Positions 1 through 11,032 are shown, counted from the stretch's first letter. The stretch is 64,000 bases of DNA from Vicinamibacterales bacterium (GCA_963802345.1 CAWDIK010000008.1:161118-225117), one strand, 5' to 3'. Made by a program: numbers and translations. Notes: generated by a model not told the origin, from the letters alone.

Positions 1-1
1 C

Positions 2-739
2 GACACACCGGGAGCAGTCACGGAACGGTCGGACATCATCTTTACGATCGTCGGGCTGCCGAGCGATGTTCGCGAGGTCTATCAGCAGAAGGGCGGCATC
101 CTCGACGCGGTGAAGAAAGGCAGCATCACCGTCGATATGACGACGACCGAGCCCAGCCTCGCGCGCGAGATTTATGACGCGGCGAAGGCGAAAGGCGCGT
201 CGGCCGTCGATGCCCCTGTGTCAGGCGGCGATGTGGGCGCGCGGAACGCCACGCTCTCGATCATGGTCGGCGGCGACACCGATGCCGTCGAGCGGGTGAT
301 GCCGCTCTTCCAGGCGATGGGCAAGAACATCGTGCATCAGGGCGGCCCAGGCAACGGCCAGCACACGAAGATGTGCAACCAGATCGTGCTCGCCGGCACC
401 ATCATCGGCGTCTGCGAAAGCCTGCTCTATGGCTACAAAGCGGGGCTCGATCTCCCGACCATGCTGAGCTCGGTCAGCAAGGGAGCGGCACAGTGCTGGA
501 TTCTCGACAACCTGGCGCCGAAAATGGTGAATCGCAATTTCGATCCCGGCTTCTTCGTCGAGCACTTCGAGAAAGACCTCGGTATCGCGCTGGACGAATG
601 CCGGCGCATGGGCATCGCCATGCCCGGTCTCGCGCTTGTGCGGCAGTTCTACGTGGCGCTGAAATCTCAGGGACACGGGCGGCTGGGATATCACTCGCTG
701 CTGCTCGCGCTGGAACAGCTGTCGAACGTAAAACGATAG
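2..739 (+). CDS. NAD(P)-dependent beta-hydroxyacid dehydrogenase (3-hydroxyisobutyrate/2-hydroxy-3-oxopropionate reductase family), 5' truncated by window edge
   Basis: Family motifs DAPVSGGD, IMVGG, KMCNQ, FDPGF..HFEKDL; the frame is open from base 2. Confidence 0.9.
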   Translation, partial: DTPGAVTERSDIIFTIVGLPSDVREVYQQKGGILDAVKKGSITVDMTTTEPSLAREIYDAAKAKGASAVDAPVSGGDVGARNATLSIMVGGDTDAVERVMPLFQAMGKNIVHQGGPGNGQHTKMCNQIVLAGTIIGVCESLLYGYKAGLDLPTMLSSVSKGAAQCWILDNLAPKMVNRNFDPGFFVEHFEKDLGIALDECRRMGIAMPGLALVRQFYVALKSQGHGRLGYHSLLLALEQLSNVKR

Positions 740-1458
740 TGACGGATTCCAGAAGCAGCGAGATTGTCGAACGCCGGCAGCGGTACATCGAGCGTCAGCG
801 TGAGATGCGCCCCGAGACCGTAAACGTCCGGTTTCAGGGCGCCGCGCCTGAAGGTTCCGGGCCCAGTAACCGCCACGGCATGCCGCTCGTGCCTGTTGGC
901 CAGCACCTGGTAAAGAACTGGCCCGTCCTCGATCTCGGCGAGCAGCCTGAAGTTCCACTCGACAAATGGAAGCTCGAGGTCTGCGGCCTCGTCGAGAATC
1001 CTGTCACGCTCGACTGGGCGCAATTCATGGCGCTGCCGCAGGTCGAGGACGTGAGCGACTTCCACTGCGTCACGACATGGAGCCGTCTCGACAATCATTG
1101 GCGCGGCGTGCGGTTCCGCACGATTGCCGAGCTCGCCGTGCCGAAAGACAACGCACAGCACATTCTGTGCACAGGCTACGACTTTCTCCCTGGAAGCTTC
1201 ATCCCCTACACGGTCAACGTCCCGCTCGCGCGCGCCATCGAAGACGACGTCCTGCTCGTGCACACGTGGGAAGGCAGGCCCTTGCCGCGCGAGCACGGCG
1301 GTCCGGTGCGGATGATTACGCCGAAGCTCTACGCCTGGAAGGGCGCCAAGTGGATCAGGAAGATCGAGTTTCTCGCAGAGGACAAACGAGGGTTCTGGGA
1401 AGAGCGGGGCTACTCAAATACCGCCGAGCCCTGGTTCAACGATCGCTTCAGCTACTAG
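739..1458 (+). CDS. Sulfite oxidase-like molybdopterin-binding oxidoreductase
   Basis: DFHCVTTWSR, PLPREHGGPVR, YAWKGAKW, GFWEERGY motifs; GTG start overlaps the upstream stop. Confidence 0.9.
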   Translation: MTDSRSSEIVERRQRYIERQREMRPETVNVRFQGAAPEGSGPSNRHGMPLVPVGQHLVKNWPVLDLGEQPEVPLDKWKLEVCGLVENPVTLDWAQFMALPQVEDVSDFHCVTTWSRLDNHWRGVRFRTIAELAVPKDNAQHILCTGYDFLPGSFIPYTVNVPLARAIEDDVLLVHTWEGRPLPREHGGPVRMITPKLYAWKGAKWIRKIEFLAEDKRGFWEERGYSNTAEPWFNDRFSY

Positions 1459-1461
1459 CCC

Positions 1462-3541
1462 ATGCCGACGGCGAAGTGGCGCGGCGACATGCGGTCGGTG
1501 CGCCCGATGCTGGCCACCCTCGAAAAAGCGCCGCTCCAATCCGCTGGACTGGTCTACGAACCCAAGTACGACGGCATCCGCGCGCTCGTCGAAGTTGATC
1601 CGGGCCGCCGCGCGCCGGTGCGGATCTGGTCGCGGCTCGGCAACGAGAAAACCGCGCAATTTCCCGACCTCGTCGCCGCTTTGACACGCTTCGCGAAAAA
1701 ACTGCGCGGCCCGGTCGTGCTCGACGGCGAGATCGTCGCGCTCGACGAGAAAGGGGAACCCGCGGGCTTTCAGCGGCTGCAGAACCGCATACACCTGACG
1801 GAGTCGAACAGCGCAGCTGCTGCCGGACGTGTTGCGTTGATCGCGTTCGACATCCTGCGAGACCGCGACGAGGACCTTCGGCCGTCGCCCCTGGATGAGC
1901 GGAGAGCCCGCCTGGAGCGCGTGTTTCGCAACACAGGCTCGCCGATCCTGCGGCTGAGCGACGTCGTCCCCGGCGATGCGCGCGAGCTCTTTCAGCACGC
2001 GCTCGACCACGGATGGGAAGGGCTCATCGCCAAAGAGGCGCACTCGGTGTATCACACCGGCAAGCGCACCCGCGACTGGAGGAAGATCAAGATCGTCCAC
2101 GAGCAGGAGTTCGTCGTCGGCGGGTGGACCGACTCGCGCACGGCCGATCGCCCCTTCGGCGCGCTGCTGCTGGGTTACTACGAAGACGGCGGACTGAAGT
2201 ACGCCGGCCACACGGGCAGCGGGTTCAACCAGCGCGAGCTCGAGCGCGTCATTCGACTGCTGAAGCCGCTGGAAGTTGCGGCGCCGCCGTTCACGACGCG
2301 GCCCCGGACCAACGAGCGGCCGCATTGGACGAAACCCTCTCTGGTAGCCCAGCTGAAATTCACCGAATGGACCGACGATGGGCTGCTTCGCCATCCTATT
2401 TATCTCGGCATGAGGGACGATGTGAAAGTGGAGGATGTGAGGAGGGAGGCACCGAAGAGTCCGAAGAGTCATGGAGAGTCGGAAGAGTCGTGGGAGTCGG
2501 GAGAGTCGGAAAAGCAGAGTCCGAGAGTCGAGAGTCGTCAGAGTCGTGAGAGTCAGAAGAGTCCAGGGAGTCTGCAGAGTCCGGTGCGTCGAGGCGGTTC
2601 GGAGCTGGACGCCGTCGTTCAGCAGCTCGAGGAGCTCGAGCGTGGGCCGGGCTCTGGGACGTTGCGGCTGCCCGGTGGACAGCACACTCGAGGTGAGCAA
2701 TCTTCGAAAGGTGTTCTGGCCGAAGCTGAAGATTACCAAGGGCGATCTGATGCGCTACTACGTTCGCGTGGCGCCTTACATCCTCCCGGTCGTGGACCAT
2801 CGCCCGCTGATCATGAAGCGGTACCCGAACGGCGTCGAGGGCGAGCCGTTCTACCAGCACAAGGCCCCCGAGAAGGTTCCCCCCGGCGTCAGGGTCGCGA
2901 AAGTACCCGGCGACAGCGTGGCAAGCCGGCCGATCGGCGGCGACCTCGTCACCCTCCTGTACATGACGCAGCTTGCGGCCATCTCGCAGGATCCCTGGTT
3001 TTCGCCCGTGGAGTCGCCGCACTTTGCGGATCAGTGCGCCATCGATCTCGACCCGATGCCCGGCGTGACGTTCGCGGCCGTGCTCGACGTCGCGCGGTGG
3101 GTGCGCGATGCGCTGGAAAAGTTGAAGGTGACCGGCTACCCGAAGACATCCGGCGCCAGCGGCTTGCACGTCTTCATTCCGCTCCGCGAAGGCACACCCT
3201 ACGAGGCCGGGCAAATCTTTTGTCAGATCGTCGCGACCGTCGTCGCCGAGCAGCACCCCAAGGTCGCCACCGTGACGCGCACCGTGAGCGCCCGCGGCCG
3301 GAAGGTGTACGTCGACTATCTCCAGAACATCGAAGGCAAGTCGCTCGCGTGCGCCTACAGCGCGCGCGCGAGCGAGTATGCCGGGGCGTCGACGCCGCTG
3401 ACGTGGAAGGAGGTCGACGAGGGGGTCGATCCCCGCGATTTCACGATACGCACGCTGCCCGATCGCCTGGCGAAGGTCGGCGATCTCTGGGCGCCGCTCC
3501 TGGGGTCGAGTGGCGTGGATTTGCGAAAAATCCTGAAGTAG
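1462..3541 (+). CDS. ligD: NHEJ DNA ligase D (ATP-dependent ligase + primase-polymerase domain); one frameshift near 2680
   Basis: EPKYDGIR, LDGEIV, EGLIAK, LRHP in ORF 1462..3549; ITKGDL, KRYPNG, DLDP, KTSG..GLH, VDYLQN in ORF 2471..3541. Confidence 0.9.
2454..2582 (+). repeat. Degenerate GAGAGTC-core tandem repeat (about 9-mer) in the ligD interdomain linker
   Basis: Repeated gaagagtcc / ggagagtcg / agagtcgt units encoding an S/E/P/K-rich linker. Confidence 0.75.
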
Positions 3542-3567
3542 TCCTATAGTGCGCGCCGGAGGTACAC

Positions 3568-4492
3568 ATGAAAATTCTGGTCGTCGCTTCGGGTCTCCTT
3601 CTCTGCGTGGCGATGGCCACGGCTCAGGCTCCTCAGGCACCGCCCGTCACACCGATGAAGTTCGCCTACTACTCCGCCGCCGACATCAAGGCACTCAACA
3701 ACACGGTGAAAGGCGGGGGGCAGATCAAGTTCAACCGCCTCAACCGCGGCGATCACGAGTTCCAGAGCTTCAACTTCCGCGCGAAGAGCACGGCCGGACC
3801 CGAGCAGCACAACAACTACGCCGATCTCTACTACATCGTCGACGGCGAGGTGCTGCACCACACCGGCGGCACGCTCGAGAGCGGCACCGAGCGCAATCCC
3901 GGATCCGGTGAATTCGGCGGCGGGAAAATCAACGGCGCAAAGGTCGTGCGGCTGGCGGCCGGCGACATCGCCTCTTCTGCCGCAGGTGTAGCCTCACTGG
4001 TGGGAAGTGGAGCCTGGCAAGACGGTGACCTACATGACCGTCAAGGTCCTGAAGCAGCCGAATCTCCACACCGCCACTTCAACGCCCACGCAGTTCGTCC
4101 ACTACAAAGCTGCGGACCTGAAGGCATTCGTCGAAACGCTGAAAAAAGGCGAGACGATCAAGTTCCCGTCAGTGCACCGCGGAGATCATCAGTTCCAGAA
4201 CATCAGCCATCGCGCGAAGAGCTCGGCGTCCGCGGAGCTTCATAAGAACTGGGCCGATTTGTATTTCGTCCTCGACGGCGAAGTCACGATCCGCTACGGC
4301 GACCGTCTCGAAGGCGGCAAAGAAGGCGCTGATGGCGAGGTGCGCGGCGGCGAGATCGTGGGCAACGTGACGCGCCAGAAGCTGGCAGCCGGCGACATCG
4401 CGTCGGCGCCGGCGGGCGTGCCGCATTTCTGGGAGGTCGAACCAGGCAAGTCGGTGACCTATCTGACGGTCAAGCTCGGCAAGAAACACTAA
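3568..4492 (+). CDS. Secreted protein with two tandem cupin-like domains; frameshift near 3995
   Basis: Signal peptide; two homologous halves (EQHNNYADLYYIVDGE..LAAGDIAS..GV and ELHKNWADLYFVLDGE..LAAGDIASAPAGVPH). Confidence 0.7.
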
Positions 4493-4494
4493 GC

Positions 4495-4588
4495 GCGGTT
4501 GGTGGTAGGTGGTTGGTGGTTGCGCAACCACCTACCGCCAACCACCTACCACCTAACCACCAACCACCAACCACCAACCACCAACCAA
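4495..4588. repeat. Inverted heptamer array (GGTGGTW)n/(WACCACC)n between convergent genes
   Basis: ggtggta ggtggtt ggtggtt gcgc aaccacc taccgcc aaccacc ...; can fold into a long hairpin. Confidence 0.85.
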
Positions 4589-7480
4589 TTACCAGTCGAC
4601 GGCCATGCCGAACTTGATGAGACGTCCCCGCTGGATGTTGCTCACCGCGCCATAGCTCGACCCAAGCGTGGTCACACGCGAGATGACGGTGGCGGTGTTC
4701 ATGAGGTTGTACAGGTCGATGCGGGGCTGATACCTCGTTCCGCCGGCCTGAAACGCTTTCCGGAAGCTCATGTCGAGCTGATTCAGCGCAGGGAGACGCG
4801 TCGTGCCGCGCGGCTCGACGGTGACGTTCGTCGTGCCCTGCGTCAACGCCACCGTGTTGTTGCCGACTGAGACCTGCGTCAGCTCCGGGAACCCTTTTTG
4901 ATGCTGGAATGTTCCGCTCATCTGAATGGCCTACGGAAGGTCGTAGAGCCCCGATAGGCGGAACGAGAACGGCGTGTCATTGCCGACGATGCCGCGGTTG
5001 AACTCTTTGGAGTTCGGATTGTTGAGGTCGGTGCTGCCCACCCAGCCAATGGTTTCGCCGATGCTGATGCCGCCGGTCATCATCCAGCCATTGCTCATCC
5101 GCTTATCGATCGAGATGTCAGTGCCGTTGTAGGTGCTGTTGAGCTCGGACATGTTGTTCCAGACGAAATCCTGTCTGCCGCGAAGCGCCGGGTCCTGGTT
5201 ATAGACGTCGACAACCTGGCCGCTGTTCACTTCGGTGACGGTCAGCTTGGTGTAGGTGTTCTCAGGCACCGCGACGTTTCGCGATCCCAGGTTCCCAAGC
5301 TTGTCACGCCGCGTATACCCGGCGCTGATGACCAGGTTCAGAGGCAGCTGACGCTGAATTTCGGCGGAAAATTCGCGCGCCCACGGCCACTCGTAGCCCG
5401 CCTCATAGCGGTTGAAGTTGCCGAGGTTGAACCCGCTCGACGGGCCGAGCTCGTTGATTTGAGGAAGGAGGTCGCCGTTCAAGTCGCAGCCGACGTTGTT
5501 CACCGATGCGCACGCCGACTGCGCGCGCCACGTCCGCGTGTCACTCGCGAGGAAAATCGGGTTGATCCGATCGAGGATGCTGCTGCCGACCGGAATAATG
5601 TAGCGATTGGCGGAGAACTTGAGCGCGGTGCGCCCGTCACCCGCGATGTCGTACACGGCCGACAAGCGCGGGTTCACGGATTTCCAGTCCGGCACGCCGG
5701 AAATCTTGTCGTAGCATTGCGCGGCAATGAACGGCGTCGCGTCCTGGCACAGCGCGCGGGTCCAGCCGCGGTTCGTGTCCAGGCGCAAGCCGCCATTGAT
5801 GGTCAGCTTGCGGTTCGGACGCCACTTATCCTGAATGTACAGACCCTGCTGGATGTTCTCGGGAATCGAGCGTGCCGGCGTGTTGTAGGTGTTCACGGAA
5901 TCGGGCACGCCGGAACGGTAAACCGCGCGCATGCCGGACGAGGAGAAGTACAACACTTCGTTCCAGGCGTAGTCGAACTGGTAGCCGGCCTTGATGTCAT
6001 GCGCGGTCGTGAAGTAGCTGACGCTGCCCTGCGCGAATACACGCGTGTTCGGCAGGTCACGGTAGGTCGGCAGAATGCGCAGGGCGGTGTTGGTCACCTG
6101 GTCGAAGCCGGCGATCAGGCCGTCCGTGCAGCCTTCTCTGTCCACCGCCGCCGAGCACGTCGGCGAGTCGCCCTCGATCGGCCACGGCTGGTAGTCGTCG
6201 ACGCGATTCACGCTTCCCGACACGTCATAGACCATCCTGGCCGATTTCGTCGATGTCCACTTCACCTGATGCAGCTGCGGATATTTCGTGTTGGCCGTCG
6301 TCGCGCCGGAATCGGAAAACGCCGCGCTGCTCGTCCGGTGACCGTTTTTCTTGTATTGCAGAATGTAGAAGTGAGATAGCTGACTGTTCTGGCCGGCCTG
6401 CCACGACAGCTTGTTCGAGAAGTTCCACAACATGTTGTCGTCGGGCACCGACGTGCCGTCGGGGTTATAGCTGCCGACCAGATACTGGAGAATCTGTGAG
6501 TGGTGGAACGAGGTCGACCACCACAGTTTGTCCTTCACGAGCGGCCCGGACAGCCAGCCGCCGTAGTCGAAAAGATAGCGGATGTCTGCCGTCGGCTTCA
6601 GATCGGGTCTCGCCTCTTTTACCGACGCGGGCACGTTTCGCAGCAGCTGCGCAGCCAGCGCGTCGTCGACGTTGTTGGACCCGAGGGTGTGGTTGGTGCC
6701 GTTGAACACGGTTCCGGCGTGGAACTGGTTGGTGCCGGTCCGGCTGATCATGTTGAAGACAAGTCCGCCGGTCGACGCCTCGGCCGGGGCATTGCCGGCG
6801 CGGAAGTTCGCCTCCTCGAACGCGTACGGATCGAGGTAGAAGGTGGCGATGCTGCCGCTGCTTTGCGTGCTCGACACGTTCATGCCGTCGATGTAGTAGC
6901 CGTTTTCGTTGCTGGTCCCGTGAACCGTAATGCCGGACTGCTGGAACGATTCGGACCCGCCGACGTCGACCTTGCTCGCAACGACGCTCGGAATGACGCG
7001 CGTGATCGACCAGACGTCGATACGGTTCGGCAGGGCCTGGAGGGTGTCCTGGCTCAGCACGGTCTGTTTCAATGCCGATGTCGTATCGAGCAGCGGAGCC
7101 TCCCCCGACACGACAATGCCCTCTTCCAACTGCCCGAGCGGCAGCGTGAGATCGGCGCGCGCAATCGCGTCCGCATTCACGACGATGTTTCGCTGCTCGA
7201 CGGTGCGGAATCCCTGCATCGTGCCGCGAACGACGTAGGTGCCAGGGACAACACGAACGAACTGGTAGTTGCCGCGCTCGTCGCTCACGACCTCCCGGTT
7301 GGCGCCCAGGGTGCCTCCCTGCGCGCTCGTCAGAGTCAGCGTGACGCCCGGTAGCACTGCGCCAGACGAATCCATCACCGTGCCGCCAATACCGCCAACA
7401 CCCTGCGCCCAGGCGGGCAGGGCGAATGCCATCAGTGCCGCGAAAATCAGACCTCTCGACAGGATGCTTGGGGTCGCCAT
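4589..7480 (-). CDS. TonB-dependent receptor with carboxypeptidase regulatory-like N-terminal domain; in-frame TAG at 4931-4933
   Basis: Signal peptide, GTVMDSSGAVLPGV, plug region, LYIQDKW..LTINGGLR, C-terminal aromatic residue. ORFs 4931..7480 and 4589..4921 are in the same frame. Confidence 0.85.
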
Positions 7481-7551
7481 CGCACTCTCCTTCGAAGATA
7501 GGGGACCGCTTTGTGGGAATGTTTACCGACTATAGCCCCGACTGCTCCTCG

Positions 7552-7571
7552 AATTGTCGCAAATTGTCGCA
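7552..7571. promoter_or_regulatory. Perfect 10-bp tandem direct repeat (AATTGTCGCA)x2, candidate OmpR-family operator
   Basis: Lies in the divergent intergenic region between the TonB-dependent receptor and the TAXI-HK-RR genes. Confidence 0.55.
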
Positions 7572-7610
7572 AGACCTGCGCGCGCAGGCCGCGCTAGAAT
7601 CTGTCATTCC

Positions 7611-8522
7611 ATGCGCCTCCTGGTATTGATCGGTGGTCTGTGTGTGTCCGCCGCCTCGTGTTCCGGCACCGCCGAGACCGTCGCGAATCCGCCTGCGACT
7701 CTGCGGCTCTCACGCACCAACGCGACCGAATGGCAGAGCGCGTTCGCGCGCGTCCCTGGCATCAAAGCCGAGATCGTGAGCGAGGGCGGGTCGTCCATTA
7801 CGAGCCTGCTGGATCTGCAGAATAAAAAGACGGACATTACCGGCACGCTGGCGGACGTCGCGTACCTCGCATACGCGGGTCAACTCGAGGAAATGAGCAA
7901 GCCGTTCGAGCAGCTGCGCGGCATGGCCGTGACGGGACTCAATACGATGCACCTGCTCGCCGGCCGCAACGCGCGCGTGGCATCGCTCCGCGACCTCAAA
8001 GGGCTGCGCGTCTCGCTCGGCGCGCCCGGCAGCTCGACCGCGCACATCACGGTGAGCATGCTGGATGATTTAGGTATCGCCACCGGGCAAATTCACGCGG
8101 AGCGCCTCCCGAATGCCGAAATCGTGAATCGTCTGGCCAGCGGCGACGTCGACGCCGCGTTTTCGGGATTCAACCTGCCGAGCGCCATCGTCACGGCCGC
8201 GATGCAGAACGGCGTCAGGCTCATTCCCATCGACGGCCCTGAGATCGAAGAGATGCGAACGCGGTATCCGTACTTGAAGCGGACGCTGATTTCGCGCGGG
8301 ACGTATCCGAACCAGCCCGAACCTGTTCGCACGCTCGGCGTCGACACGCTGCTCGTGTGCCGGGCCGATCTCGATGATGATGTCGTCTATCGGTTCCTCG
8401 ACGCGTACTTCGCCACGCGCCCGGTGATGACGCCTCCCAACCTCGATCGAGCGCCGGCGACGCCGATTCCGCTGCATCCGGGTGCGGCACGCTACTACCG
8501 CCAGCGCGAGCTGTCACGATGA
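7611..8522 (+). CDS. TAXI-family TRAP solute-binding protein (likely lipoprotein)
   Basis: SEGGSS..L, DLKGLRVSLGAPGSS, GTYPNQ, PIPLHPGAARYYRQ motifs; N-terminal hydrophobic stretch ending AASC. Confidence 0.85.
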   Translation: MRLLVLIGGLCVSAASCSGTAETVANPPATLRLSRTNATEWQSAFARVPGIKAEIVSEGGSSITSLLDLQNKKTDITGTLADVAYLAYAGQLEEMSKPFEQLRGMAVTGLNTMHLLAGRNARVASLRDLKGLRVSLGAPGSSTAHITVSMLDDLGIATGQIHAERLPNAEIVNRLASGDVDAAFSGFNLPSAIVTAAMQNGVRLIPIDGPEIEEMRTRYPYLKRTLISRGTYPNQPEPVRTLGVDTLLVCRADLDDDVVYRFLDAYFATRPVMTPPNLDRAPATPIPLHPGAARYYRQRELSR

Positions 8523-8552
8523 CCTGCAACCGAGCGGCGCGGAGTGATGCCA

Positions 8553-8590
8553 TGTCCCGCCTGCGCGGAGACGCTACGGCGGGGCAAGCC
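8553..8590. repeat. REP-like palindromic element (..GCTACGGCGGGGCAAGCC)
   Basis: Shares the GCT(A/T)CGG..GGCAAGCC tail with elements near 20580 and 23132. Confidence 0.45.
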
Positions 8591-8604
8591 CCGCGCAACG
8601 GATC

Positions 8605-10272
8605 ATGAAAGTCGAATCGATCATCGCCTGGGGGGGCTGGCTGACAGCATTGCTGGCAGTGTCGGTGTGCCTCGGCATCGCCACTCTGCTGGGCTTCGGA
8701 TACCGCGCGACCCGGGAATGGCAGCGCAGCTCGGAGCTGCTGATCGAGCGAGACACCGAGGAAAGCGCCGACCTGCTGGTGACCGCAGTGACGCGCGATA
8801 TGCGCGGCGCTCACTCGCGCGTGCTGGCGAATCGCGACTGGGGCGAGCTGTCACTCGAGTCGCTCACGGATACGAGCGACCAGGTCGCAACGGCATTCGC
8901 TCGATACCCGTATCCGGAATCGTTCTTCAGCTGGCAGCGCGACAGCTCGCATGGGGTCGTGTTTTTCAACCGCGCGAACCGCTTTCCTGCCTGGATGCCG
9001 CAGCCGTCCGAACCGAACCGCTATCCGGTCGCGCTCGTCATGAACCCGCCTGAAGCCGACGCGCTGCGCGCCAAGGTGACGGAGTTCAGCGCTGCGCGGG
9101 TCCGTTATGCGACGTTCGAGACGACGCTCGGAGGCCATCCGTATCAGATCGTCGCACGGCTCGTGTACACCGACCCTTTGCAGGAGACGCTGCATTCCGT
9201 CATCGGCTTCACGGTGAACCTTGATTGGGTCCGCGACTCGTATTTTGCGGACATCCTGTCGCAAGTCGCGCCCATCGCCACGCGCGACAACAGCCTCGAT
9301 ATCGCAGTGGTCGACGACGCCGGACATCTGGTGTCGGGACGTCAAGGCGGCGGCGGAGTGCTGTCGCGCAGCTTCCCGCTTCTCTTCCTCGACCCGTCGG
9401 TCAGCATGGTCGCGCTCGGCGGGACGCCTCCCGTCCGGACATGGACGATTCAGACAAGCCAGTCGCCCGGCTCTGCGCTGGTGGGTGCCGCACAGGGCGC
9501 CGACGAGGCGCTCCTCGCCGCCGGCGCGGCCGCCCTGACGCTCGCCGTCGGGCTGATTCTCGCCATCCGCGCGGTTCGAGCCGGCGTCGCGCTCACGGCG
9601 ATGCGGTCTGATTTCGTGTCATCGGTGACGCACGAGCTGAAGACGCCGCTCGCGAGCATTCGAGCCATGGCAGACACCCTCGCCCGCCGGCCGATTGGCG
9701 GGGAGACCATCCGCGATTACGCGGAGCTGCTCATGCAGGAAGCGAAGCGGCTGACCCGGCTGGTCGATAACCTGCTCGCGTACGCGCGCGTGACCGACGT
9801 CACCGACGTATATTCGTTCGAGCCAATCGCGCCGGCCGAGCTCGTGGACGATGTGCTGCAGAATTTCCGGCACCCGCTGTCCGAACGCGAGTTCACGGTT
9901 GAAGTGGAGATACCGGTCGATCTCCCCCTCATCAAGGCCGACCGCACCGCGATGATGCTGGCGCTGGACAACGTCGTCGACAACGCCATCCGGTATTCGC
10001 CGCAGGAGCATTTCATCCGCATCTCGGCGCGGCGCGACAACCAGCACGTCGTCATCGAAGTGCAGGATCGCGGCGTCGGCATTTCTCGCGACGAATTGTC
10101 GCTCGTGCGGCGGAAGTTTGCGCGCGGGAAGCTGGCGCGCGCCGACGGCAGCGGCCTCGGGCTCGCCATCGTCAGCAGAATCATCGCGGATCACCAGGGC
10201 ACATTCGTGCTCGACAGCGAATCCGGCGCCGGCACGACGGCAAAGGTATATTTACCCATCGCGGGAGTGTAA
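8605..10272 (+). CDS. Membrane sensor histidine kinase
   Basis: Two TM segments, H-box THELKTPL, N-box DNAIRY, DRGVG and GSGLGL motifs. Confidence 0.95.
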   Translation: MKVESIIAWGGWLTALLAVSVCLGIATLLGFGYRATREWQRSSELLIERDTEESADLLVTAVTRDMRGAHSRVLANRDWGELSLESLTDTSDQVATAFARYPYPESFFSWQRDSSHGVVFFNRANRFPAWMPQPSEPNRYPVALVMNPPEADALRAKVTEFSAARVRYATFETTLGGHPYQIVARLVYTDPLQETLHSVIGFTVNLDWVRDSYFADILSQVAPIATRDNSLDIAVVDDAGHLVSGRQGGGGVLSRSFPLLFLDPSVSMVALGGTPPVRTWTIQTSQSPGSALVGAAQGADEALLAAGAAALTLAVGLILAIRAVRAGVALTAMRSDFVSSVTHELKTPLASIRAMADTLARRPIGGETIRDYAELLMQEAKRLTRLVDNLLAYARVTDVTDVYSFEPIAPAELVDDVLQNFRHPLSEREFTVEVEIPVDLPLIKADRTAMMLALDNVVDNAIRYSPQEHFIRISARRDNQHVVIEVQDRGVGISRDELSLVRRKFARGKLARADGSGLGLAIVSRIIADHQGTFVLDSESGAGTTAKVYLPIAGV

Positions 10273-10273
10273 C

Positions 10274-11032
10274 GTGGCAGAGCGGATCCTCATCGTTGAA
10301 GACGACCCCACCCTCAGACGGGTGCTCCGGGATAATTTGATCTTCGAAGGCTATCGCGTCGAAGCCGTCGCCGACGGCAAATCGGCCATCAGTTACGTGC
10401 GCGCGTCCGCGCCCGATCTGGTCGTTCTGGACCTGACGCTGCCCGACGTGGACGGCCTCGATCTATGTCCTGTGCTGCGCCAGTCGGGCAAAGTGCCCAT
10501 CATCATCCTCTCCGCGCGCGGGCAGAAGACGGACAAGCTGAAGGGTCTCAAGCTCGGCGCCGACGATTACATCACCAAGCCGTTCGACCTGCAGGAGCTT
10601 CTCGCCCGGATCAACGCCGTCCTGCGCCGCTCGCACCCCGCGCTCGAGCGGCTGCTGATCGGCAAGCTCGTCATCGACTTCCGATCGCAGCGCGCCAGCT
10701 GCGACCAGGCGCCGGTCCATCTGACACACCGCGAGTTCGAGCTGCTCCGCTATCTCGCCGAGCGCCGCGAGAAAGTCGTGCACAGGGAAGAGCTGCTGCG
10801 GGAGGTGTGGGGATACATGGACACGAACGTCACCACACGTTCGGTCGACCACGCGATTGTTCGCCTTCGGAAGAAGATCGAGCCCGACCCGCACCATCCG
10901 GAGTTCATCCGGACGGTGCACGGGGATGGGTACTGCCTGTCCGCTACTCAGGTTGAAACTGACTTTAACAGAGTCAGGATCAGGAGTCCTGTTGAAGAAT
11001 TCTGGAACTCAGTACTGCGGCTGTTCCAATAG
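10274..11032 (+). CDS. OmpR/PhoB-family response regulator
   Basis: ILIVEDD, DLTLPDVDG, GADDYITKPF and winged-helix LRKKIE..IRTVHGDGY. Confidence 0.95.
   Translation: MAERILIVEDDPTLRRVLRDNLIFEGYRVEAVADGKSAISYVRASAPDLVVLDLTLPDVDGLDLCPVLRQSGKVPIIILSARGQKTDKLKGLKLGADDYITKPFDLQELLARINAVLRRSHPALERLLIGKLVIDFRSQRASCDQAPVHLTHREFELLRYLAERREKVVHREELLREVWGYMDTNVTTRSVDHAIVRLRKKIEPDPHHPEFIRTVHGDGYCLSATQVETDFNRVRIRSPVEEFWNSVLRLFQ

Noticed and set aside
4931-4933. In-frame TAG in the TonB-dependent receptor as stop-codon recoding (pyrrolysine or alternative code)
   Set aside because: It is a single case, TAG terminates many normal genes here, and CCG TAG GCC is easily derived from CCG TAC GGC by sequencing error.
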